Part shown: positions 8,745 through 16,294 of the stretch, in pieces
Layout: each line of letters begins with the position of its first letter
Numbering within the stretch: position 1 is the stretch's first letter
Program-made: the position numbers and the translations under genes
Source of the DNA: Prosthecobacter sp.
GTDB lineage: Bacteria; Verrucomicrobiota; Verrucomicrobiia; Verrucomicrobiales; Akkermansiaceae
Reading direction: 5' to 3'
Assembly: GCA_043722215.1 (NCBI GenBank)
Contig: JAYSPI010000208.1
Coordinates: forward strand, 1-49,248
Length of the DNA: 49,248 nt
The notes under the pieces: model-generated
Databases searched by the model: none
What the model was told of the DNA's origin: nothing
What the model saw: only the letters and a program-made list of their open reading frames with translations

Positions 8745-10411
8745 GGTTTCCTGGCGGGAGGAAGGAGGCGAATTTCGGTGATGGTTGGACCTTCACTGGC
8801 GTCGAGAATGTTCAGCCGGACGGCCATGGTGGTGATCGGGCTGAAGGAGGTTTTGAAATGTTCTCCAAGTTCGGTTCCCTGGTGGAATGTGGTCCAAGAC
8901 TCGCCGACTTTTTTCTGGAGTTCGAACTTGAGCACGCGGCTCTTCGGTTGGGCGAGGGCTTCGTTGATCTCGATGGAGTCGAGGGAGGTTTCCTTGGGAA
9001 GATCGAGTTGGATCCAGCTTTGCTTGCTGCCTTCTGGAGTGGCCCAGCGGGTTTCCGGGTCACCGTCGATTGCCTTGGACGCGTCATATTGCGAAGAATT
9101 CTGGTAAGTCACGGAGGCCGTTGCCTTGGAAGGAGAAATGGCGGAGCCTGGCGAGGGATTGATCGGCGCGATGTCCATGGCGGACCGCGCGATGGTGAGT
9201 TCGACGATGGTATCGATCTCGTCCCACGCTTGGTCTGGAATCTCAAACGATAGCAGGTCGTCATGGGTTGTGGTCTTGATGGCCGGTCCGCTCAGCAGTT
9301 TGGCGGACTGGATGGCAACGGGAAGTGCCGGAAGATCGACCGAGCCGGCAACCTTTTTCAAAAGGTGCAGATAGATCTTGTTACCCTTGCGTGTGCTAAC
9401 GATTTGTGGCGCGGGCTTCCAAGGGCCGCCACGGGTTCCGTAAATCGATGAGCCGTTTTTGGCGAGCCACGCGCCCATTTCCGCGAGGCGCTTCACTTGG
9501 CGTTCTTCGATTTCGCCGGTAGGCATCGGGCCGACGTTGAAAAGTAGGTTACCATCACCGCCGTTGGTGCGGATGAGGGTTTGGAGACATTGTTCCAGCG
9601 ACTTCATTTGATCGTTGGGTTTCCATGCCCATTGATCGCAAATAGTCATACAGGTTTCCCACGGGCGGGCGATTTGGAAACCGCCGACTTTCTGCTCGGG
9701 AGTGTCGTAGTCGCCGTTGGCGCCGGTGCGGTTATTGATGAGGATGTCCGGCTGGATGGAGCGGGCCATATTGATGACGCTTTGGCCGCGAGTGGCGTCG
9801 AACTTCTGCGGTACGTCATACCAGAGGGTGAGGAGCGGACCATAGTTTTTCAGCAGTTCAGTGGTCTGTGCCTTGAGATATCTCGTGTAAGCTTCAAGAT
9901 CGGATTTGTCACGCTCGACGGTGCCTCCGGGGCTGGTGAGCGGGAAATCCGGGTGGTGCCAGTCGGTGGTGGAGTAATAGGTTCCAAAGGCGAGACCGCC
10001 CTTTTTGCAGGCGGCGGCGAGCTCCTTGACCACGTCGCGTTTGAAGGGCGTGTTCATGATATTATAATCCGTCTGCTTGGTATTCCAAAGGCAGAAGCCG
10101 TCGTGGTGCTTGGTGGTAAGCACGATGTATTTCATGCCTGCGGCCTTGGCGATCGCGACCCATGTGTCGGCATTGAACTGGGTGGGATTGAACCGTTTGT
10201 AGAGGTTGTCGTATTCCTCGATGGGAACCCCCGCACCGCGTGACCAGCCGATTTCGGTGCCCTTGAGGCTGACGGGGCCCCAGTGGATGAACATGCCGAA
10301 GCGGGCGTCCTGCCATTTTTTGAGAGCGGATGGCTGGGCAGGTGATGCTTCTTGGGCCAGCAGGCTGCCCGCGGCGAGGAGAGCGGTGAGAATGATAGAT
10401 CCTATTTTCAT
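8741..10411 (-). CDS. Secreted alpha-L-fucosidase (GH29) with C-terminal F5/8 type C (CBM32-like) domain
   Basis: RFGMFIHWG, AGMKYIVLTTKHHDGFCLW, LWYD, INNR, WETCMT and GNLLFNVGP; C-terminal KAIDGDPETRW-WIQLDL; signal peptide from ATG 10411. Confidence 0.95.
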   Translation of the reverse strand: MKIGSIILTALLAAGSLLAQEASPAQPSALKKWQDARFGMFIHWGPVSLKGTEIGWSRGAGVPIEEYDNLYKRFNPTQFNADTWVAIAKAAGMKYIVLTTKHHDGFCLWNTKQTDYNIMNTPFKRDVVKELAAACKKGGLAFGTYYSTTDWHHPDFPLTSPGGTVERDKSDLEAYTRYLKAQTTELLKNYGPLLTLWYDVPQKFDATRGQSVINMARSIQPDILINNRTGANGDYDTPEQKVGGFQIARPWETCMTICDQWAWKPNDQMKSLEQCLQTLIRTNGGDGNLLFNVGPMPTGEIEERQVKRLAEMGAWLAKNGSSIYGTRGGPWKPAPQIVSTRKGNKIYLHLLKKVAGSVDLPALPVAIQSAKLLSGPAIKTTTHDDLLSFEIPDQAWDEIDTIVELTIARSAMDIAPINPSPGSAISPSKATASVTYQNSSQYDASKAIDGDPETRWATPEGSKQSWIQLDLPKETSLDSIEINEALAQPKSRVLKFELQKKVGESWTTFHQGTELGEHFKTSFSPITTMAVRLNILDASEGPTITEIRLLPPARKP

Positions 10412-10436
10412 ATGAAGTTTTGGTGTGTTTAGAAAT

Positions 10437-11198
10437 TCAGCGGCGGTAGCCGATTTCGGCCCCGCCGGAGACGTGCATGATGTGGCCGGTGATAAAGCGG
10501 GCTTTGGCTGAGAGGAGAAAGACGCAGCTGTCCGCGATGATATCTCCCTCGGGGCAATAGCCGAGTGGGTGTATGTCATCGAGGTATTTGGCGACGCCGG
10601 CGGGGTCTGGTTGATCGGCGGCCCACTGGCGGAGCATCGGTGTCCAGGTGCCGGCGGGGCAGACGGCGTTGACGCGGATGCCGTCCTTGGCGTAGTCGAG
10701 CGCCATGGACTTAGTGAGGGTGTTCATGCCGCCCTTGGTGGCGGTGTAGGCGGCGTGGTGGGCTTGGCCGATGACTCCGACCATGCTGGAAGTGTTGAGG
10801 ATGCAGCCTTTGGTTTCCCGCAGGGCGTGGATGCCGTGGCGGGTGGTGTGGAGCAGGCTTTTGAGATTGATGGAAAAGAGTGCGTCCCATTCGTCATCGG
10901 TCGTCTCGTGGAGTGGCTTACTCGGGTGTCCGACGCCGGCATTGTTATGAATGGCATCGAGTTTTCCGTAATGCGAGAGCACACGGGCGATGGCGGATTT
11001 CACATCGGAGTCGTTCGAAACATCGCAGGCGAAGCCGAGATGGTCGGGGCCGAGATCGGCGGCGGCTTGGGCGGAGAGTTCGCCGTTGCGGGCGACGAGC
11101 GCGACTTTCGCGCCCTCTGCGGCGTAGGCTTTGGCGCAGTCGAGGCCGATACCGGTGGAGCCGCCGGTGAGGAAAATAACGTGGTCTTGCAGAAGCAT
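10437..11198 (-). CDS. SDR oxidoreductase, probable L-fucose dehydrogenase
   Basis: TGGSTGIG, NNAG and YTATK motifs, C-terminal GGAEIGY; fucose context. Confidence 0.85.
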   Translation of the reverse strand: MLLQDHVIFLTGGSTGIGLDCAKAYAAEGAKVALVARNGELSAQAAADLGPDHLGFACDVSNDSDVKSAIARVLSHYGKLDAIHNNAGVGHPSKPLHETTDDEWDALFSINLKSLLHTTRHGIHALRETKGCILNTSSMVGVIGQAHHAAYTATKGGMNTLTKSMALDYAKDGIRVNAVCPAGTWTPMLRQWAADQPDPAGVAKYLDDIHPLGYCPEGDIIADSCVFLLSAKARFITGHIMHVSGGAEIGYRR

Positions 11199-11259
11199 GA
11201 GCGACGGGATTGACGTTAAAATATGGGGTGTGGGCCGGGTTTTTCGAGAACGAGTGACT

Positions 11260-11661
11260 TCATGGAAGGTGATAGAGTTCCTTGGTATCGGACCAAGTCT
11301 TGCCGGCCTTGAGTGCGTCTGGGAGTGGGGACTGGCAGGGATCGGTTGCCTTCCACCAGCGTTGGGTTTCGGGATCGGCAGCCATCTTTTTCATGTCGGC
11401 ATCGAAGTTCGTGCCGGTGTATTCGAGATAGGCGAAGAGATAGATTTTCCCTTCGATTTCGCGTTCATAGATCGAGAAGTTCTGGAGATGGCACTCCTTG
11501 ATCATGGCGTTGACGGACGGCCATGGGTTGGCATGGAGTTTGTGGTAATAAGCGGCCTTTTGGGGCTTGAGGCCTGTGACCCAAGCGTGCCGCTCGACGC
11601 GGTTGGGCGCGCATGAAATGACAAGAACGCTGAGAAGGAGTGCAGGGATGTGGATTTTCAT
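11260..11661 (-). CDS. L-rhamnose/L-fucose mutarotase (RhaM family) with lipoprotein signal
   Basis: YHKLHANPWP, NFSIY, LFAYLEY and DPETQRWW motifs; N-terminal lipobox VISC. Confidence 0.88.
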   Translation of the reverse strand: MKIHIPALLLSVLVISCAPNRVERHAWVTGLKPQKAAYYHKLHANPWPSVNAMIKECHLQNFSIYEREIEGKIYLFAYLEYTGTNFDADMKKMAADPETQRWWKATDPCQSPLPDALKAGKTWSDTKELYHLP

Positions 11662-11662
11662 A

Positions 11663-13585
11663 TTAGTAGAAAACCATGTAGAGGGTGGCCATGGCGAGAA
11701 TGACGATAGAGGCGAGCACCTTGTAGTTGAGGATACCGGACCAACCGGGGGACTTGAGGGCATCTAAAGGATGTGGCCAGAAAAGTTTCTGGGCGTCCTC
11801 GCCTGCGAGCTTTGGCATGGTGGCGGTGAAAACGATTTGCATGATCACGCAGGCGACGCACATGTAGAAGGCCGCCATCATGAAGGGGGTTTCATAAAGG
11901 AAGGTGGGCACCCAGGCGAAGGTGACTGGTTTCCAGACATGAAGAGTCTTGATGGTGAAGACCGCCGCGCCCATGACGGACCCGAGCCACATCGTCCACT
12001 TGGCGCTGCGGGCGGAGGCGGCGGGCCAGAAGACGCCGAGTGTGAAGACGCAGGTGATGGGCGGTGCCATGTGGGCGATGATCTCGTTGACGCCGTTGAA
12101 GATGCTTTCGTAACGGTCCAGCAGCGGGACGAGGGCGATTCCAGAGGCGATGGCGGTGAGCGTGGCAATGCGGCCGATCATGACGAGTTTCTTGTCCGTG
12201 ATGGCGGGGTAGAATCGTTTAACGATGTCATAGCTGACCATCGTGGCGATTGAATTGGAGGCACTGGAAAGGTTGCCCATGAGTGCGGCCATGAGTGCGG
12301 CAGCGAGCACGCCTAGGACGCCCATGGGGAGAAGCTTGCGGATCATGACGCCATACACTTCTTTGGATTGGTAGGGCTTGATGCCGGGGGGGATGAGAAT
12401 TGCTCCGTCATCGCCCTTTTTCACGGGGACGTGAGAGCCGACGATGATGGATGGATCCTTGCCGGAGGCTGTGAGTGGGAGTTTTGATAGGTCGAGTAGA
12501 TCGCCATCCTTGAGGGTGATAGGCTCGATTTTTTCGCTAGAATGATCGCCGGTGAGGGCGATGACGTTTTGCTTGGTGCCGTCCGCAGCGGTGATGGTTT
12601 GGAGCAGTCGAACTTGGGTGAGACCCTCGATATTGCCCTGTTTGACGGCGGTGTAGAGCATCAGGCCGGGGACGATGAAGATGAAGACAGGGAGGATTTT
12701 GATAAGGCCGCAGAAGATCGAGCCGACGCGGGCGTCGTTCTCGCTTTTCGCGCCGAGCACGCGCTGGACAATGGTTTGGTCCGCGCACCAATACCAGATA
12801 CCGAGCACGGGGTAGCCGATGAAGATGGAATACCATGGCATGCCGCTGTCATCGCCGTGAGGGCGAAGCATGCTCATGAGCTTGCCGTCGCTGAGGCCTT
12901 GGGCGGTGGCAGCGGCGGTGTCTAGGGCGCCGGTCATGCCGGACCAACCGCCGGTTTTCTGCCAAGCAAACCAAGTGATGAAGCAGGCCCCGATGAGCAG
13001 GATGACCGTTTGGATGGTCTCTGTGATGGCGACGGCAGCTAAGCCTCCGGCGACGGTGTAGATGCCGGTGAGGGTACACATCATGATGATGCAAGTCCAT
13101 TTTTCGATGCCGAAAATATCGTGCAGGACGAGCCATCCGGTGGCGAGGGGGAAGGCGATGTGGAAGATGATGGCGGCGATGATGGAAATGAAGGCAAGCC
13201 AGTCCCGGCATTCGCGACAGTAGCGTTTTTCCAGGAAATCCGGGAGAGTGGCGACCTTGGATTTTAGATAGAAAGGGGCGAAGAAGAAACCGAGCAGGAT
13301 GAGAGTGAAGGCGGCCATCCACTCGAAGTTTCCGTTGAGCAGTCCAGTATCATAGCCGGACTGGGCGAGGCTGACGAGGTGGACGCAGGAGATGTTGGTG
13401 GCGAAGAGCGCAAGGCCGATGACCGGCCATTTCAGAGTATGAGCTGCCATGAAGTAGTCTCCAGCAACGGACTCGCCTTGCTGCTGGCCTTTTTTCCTGG
13501 CGTTCATTCCGGCCCAGCAGCCGAGGCCGACCACTCCGGCGAGATAAACAATGACGATGATCCAGTCGAGAACGCTGATTTGCAT
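11663..13585 (-). CDS. Sodium:solute symporter (SSS/SLC5), probable L-fucose importer
   Basis: DYFMA, LFATNIS, TLPDFLEKRY, IYTVAGGLAAV, WYWCADQTIVQRVL and AALMAALM motifs. Confidence 0.92.
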   Translation of the reverse strand: MQISVLDWIIVIVYLAGVVGLGCWAGMNARKKGQQQGESVAGDYFMAAHTLKWPVIGLALFATNISCVHLVSLAQSGYDTGLLNGNFEWMAAFTLILLGFFFAPFYLKSKVATLPDFLEKRYCRECRDWLAFISIIAAIIFHIAFPLATGWLVLHDIFGIEKWTCIIMMCTLTGIYTVAGGLAAVAITETIQTVILLIGACFITWFAWQKTGGWSGMTGALDTAAATAQGLSDGKLMSMLRPHGDDSGMPWYSIFIGYPVLGIWYWCADQTIVQRVLGAKSENDARVGSIFCGLIKILPVFIFIVPGLMLYTAVKQGNIEGLTQVRLLQTITAADGTKQNVIALTGDHSSEKIEPITLKDGDLLDLSKLPLTASGKDPSIIVGSHVPVKKGDDGAILIPPGIKPYQSKEVYGVMIRKLLPMGVLGVLAAALMAALMGNLSSASNSIATMVSYDIVKRFYPAITDKKLVMIGRIATLTAIASGIALVPLLDRYESIFNGVNEIIAHMAPPITCVFTLGVFWPAASARSAKWTMWLGSVMGAAVFTIKTLHVWKPVTFAWVPTFLYETPFMMAAFYMCVACVIMQIVFTATMPKLAGEDAQKLFWPHPLDALKSPGWSGILNYKVLASIVILAMATLYMVFY

Positions 13586-13722
13586 GGCATGGGATTTTAC
13601 GAATCTGACGACACCACCGTGGGCGGATGGCTCTCCGTTCCGGTTGTTCGAACGTTCGGAGAATGGGGCATTGTCTGGGCGAGGTCTTGCAATATCCTGC
13701 GGCGACGAATATTGAACATTCC

Positions 13723-14790
13723 ATGAAAGCCGCAGCTCAATCCCCGATTTATCAAAATCCGGCGGATTACCTCGCCATCGATGACTGTGGCCCGCAATTC
13801 AGGGCGATCGGGGAAGGAAAAATCGAGCTGCACGCACTTTCAAAAGGCCACTACCCGGGAAAGCGTATGCATTCAAACATCCTTCCCGGACTGACGAACG
13901 TCGGTTTCTGGAGCTGCAGGGGCTCCCAGGACTGGGGCTTGAATTCCCATCGAAATGAAGGACTGGAGATCTCATTTCTTGAAACCGGAGGCATAGGCTT
14001 CGAGGTGGACGGCAGGGTTCACTCGTTGCAAGCCGGGAATCTCACGGTCACACGCCCCTGGCAGTTGCACAAGCTGGGCGATCCTCACATCGGGCGCGGC
14101 AAGTTGTATTGGCTAATCCTGGACGTGGGTGTCAGGAGACCGAATCAGGAATGGACGTGGCCTTCGTGGGTCGTCCTGTCGCAGAAGGATTTGGCCGAGT
14201 TGACGAGAAAGCTCCGGCACAGCGAGCAAGCCGTATGGGTGGCAAACCCGCAGATGCGGCAAGTGTTCCGGGACATCGCAGATTGTGTTCTGCGCTGGAA
14301 CCAACCCCGCGTGGGTTCGCGACTGGCCGTCGCCATCAACCGCCTGCTGGTCGAACTCCTTGACGTGCTCGCCGAGCAACAGCATGAGGAATCCCCGTCA
14401 CTGGTGACAAGGCGGCGGACAGTGGAACTTTTTCTCAACGACCTCGTTGAAAATCCATTGAGCTGCGCGGAGCCGTGGACGCTTGAGGGAATGGCGGCGC
14501 AGTGCGGCATGGGAATCACCGCGATGGCGAAGTATTGCAAGGAACGCGTCAATATCGGCCCCATGGCGTTCCTGAATCAATGCCGCATCGATCATGCGGC
14601 GCGGGCTCTTCGGGAAACGCCAGGCATTTCCGTCACTCAAATCGCGATGCACGTTGGATTCAATTCCAGCCAATACTTCGCCACCCTGTTTCGCAAACGC
14701 CATCATATGACGCCGGTGCAATACCGATCACGACAGGTGGTCGGAGGACGAGTGCTTGCGAAATCGGCTAAAAAACCTCCCCACCACTGA
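13723..14790 (+). CDS. AraC-family transcriptional regulator, divergent from the fucose/BMC operon
   Basis: Cupin-like N-terminus (HRNEGLEI, RPWQLH); C-terminal HTH ISVTQIAMHVGFNSSQYFATLFRK-TPVQYR; start moved to ATG 13723. Confidence 0.92.
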   Translation: MKAAAQSPIYQNPADYLAIDDCGPQFRAIGEGKIELHALSKGHYPGKRMHSNILPGLTNVGFWSCRGSQDWGLNSHRNEGLEISFLETGGIGFEVDGRVHSLQAGNLTVTRPWQLHKLGDPHIGRGKLYWLILDVGVRRPNQEWTWPSWVVLSQKDLAELTRKLRHSEQAVWVANPQMRQVFRDIADCVLRWNQPRVGSRLAVAINRLLVELLDVLAEQQHEESPSLVTRRRTVELFLNDLVENPLSCAEPWTLEGMAAQCGMGITAMAKYCKERVNIGPMAFLNQCRIDHAARALRETPGISVTQIAMHVGFNSSQYFATLFRKRHHMTPVQYRSRQVVGGRVLAKSAKKPPHH

Positions 14791-14796
14791 CGCGAT

Positions 14797-14856
14797 TCAC
14801 CTAGGCAGCAGCGCGATGAGCTCGTCGTGTGGTCGGATGACACCCAGTCGCGCAAG
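14797..14856 (-). pseudogene. Fossil 3' end of a BMC shell gene
   Basis: Minus strand reads LARLGVIRPHDELIALLPR-stop, compared with HVIARPHDELVALLPK-stop at the end of the 4846..5466 gene; upstream in-frame stop and no start codon. Confidence 0.75.
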
Positions 14857-14926
14857 TCAGGTGGCGAGAGCATCAGCTACTAATTCTAATTGGCTTTCAA
14901 GCTGATACGCTTCATCCATGGCCATT

Positions 14927-14947
14927 CAGTCATAGATCGAATGACTG
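14927..14947. other. Perfect 7-bp inverted repeat (cagtcat-N7-atgactg)
   Basis: Seen directly; could be a terminator or a protein-binding site. Confidence 0.3.
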
Positions 14948-15056
14948 GGCGGCGGAGTTTTTTCGTTAAAACGCGAGAATGAAGTAGAGCGGGTTGAGCG
15001 GTCAGTATTGCAACACCGCCTGTTTTTGAACAAATGGTTTGAAACCAACCAACACG

Positions 15057-15857
15057 ATGAAAAGAAAAGCAGGTATTAAGGCCCCGGTGCAAGCCGGGAT
15101 TGAGAATTTCAAGGGAGTTTTTCAGGACCAGATCCGCACGATGGTGCGGCAGGGGATTTTGGATCTCATCGCGCAGGAGGTCACCGATTTGTGCGGTGAG
15201 AGCCACCTCCCGGGCAACGGGATTTACCGGCGGGCGGGCACAGAACCCGTGACGATCAAGACGAGTTCAGGCAAGGAGTGCATCGCAAAACGACGGGTTC
15301 GGATGATGCAGGAGGACGGCACGGAACGCGAGATCCGGCTCAACACCTATGCGGAAATCCGCCGTAGCAAGGGGGGTTTCGACGAGATTTTGGAGGGCAT
15401 GACCCACGGGACGTCGAGCTCCGGAGTGGCCAAAATGACTGGCACGAGCAAGGGCACCGTCGCCACGGCGTGGAAGGCACGTAGCAACCAGTTGCTCAAA
15501 GCGTTTCGCAAGCGGGATCTAACAGACATTGACGTGTTGGCAATGTTCATTGACGGCATTTTCCTGGGTAAGAAGCGCTGCGTGGTGGTGGCCATGGCAA
15601 TCGACACGAAGGGACACAAGCATCTGTTGGATTTCGAGAAGGGAAGCAGTGAGAGCGCGAAAGTGGTGCGTCGTTTGTTAGGCCGGATCGCCGCTCACGG
15701 CCTCGTGGTAGGGCGGGACGGGCGGGTGCTGGTGCTGCGCGACGGCAGCGCGGCCATTGCAAAAGCAGTGAGCGAGTTCTGGCCCGACGCGGTGCAGCAG
15801 GAACGCGACAGGAGAGATAACGACATGAATCCGTTGCATCTCATTGGGCGGCCTTGA
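15057..15857 (+). mobile_element. Truncated IS256-family (Mutator-type DDE) transposase
   Basis: MFIDGIFL-VVVAMAID-GHKHLL-GSSES and VLRDGSAAIAKAV-WPDAVQQ; homology stops where the QxC motif and third catalytic residue should follow; about 266 aa vs about 400 aa typical. Confidence 0.82.
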
Positions 15858-15876
15858 GCGGTTGGATGTTCGTGTA

Positions 15877-15905
15877 TTGTCAAACGTGCGCTGCACACGT
15901 AGCTT
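15877..15905 (+). promoter_or_regulatory. Putative sigma70 promoter (TTGTCA-17-TAGCTT), probably leaderless
   Basis: -10 element ends 8 nt before ATG 15914. Confidence 0.45.
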
Positions 15906-15913
15906 CACGCACC

Positions 15914-16288
15914 ATGATTCGCTTTCTCCACACCCGCATCCGTGTTCACGATCTCGACCGATCGATTGTCTTCTATCAAGCACTGGGGTACGCGCTGCGT
16001 GAGCGTCGGGACTCGCCGCAGGGCAATCGCCTAGCCTTTTTAGTATTACCAGACAACGACGTGTTTCTGGAGTTATGCAATTCGCCCGACTACACGGCGA
16101 GGTGCCCGGAGGATCTGATGCACACAGCGTTGGGGGTGCCCGACATCATCGCGTATTGCGACCGGGTCGAGCACGCAGGGATCGAGATTTGGCCATCTGG
16201 GTGGCGTGAGAAGTTTGCGGGGGGAGCGCGCAAGATGGCGTTTGTGACCGACCCGGACGGCTACGAAGTCGAGATCCTCGAATACTGA
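15914..16288 (+). CDS. VOC family protein, lactoylglutathione lyase (glyoxalase I)-like
   Basis: FLHTRIRVHDLDRSIVFY, LEL, HTALGV and AFVTDPDGYEVEILE motifs. Confidence 0.88.
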   Translation: MIRFLHTRIRVHDLDRSIVFYQALGYALRERRDSPQGNRLAFLVLPDNDVFLELCNSPDYTARCPEDLMHTALGVPDIIAYCDRVEHAGIEIWPSGWREKFAGGARKMAFVTDPDGYEVEILEY

Positions 16289-16294
16289 GGGATC

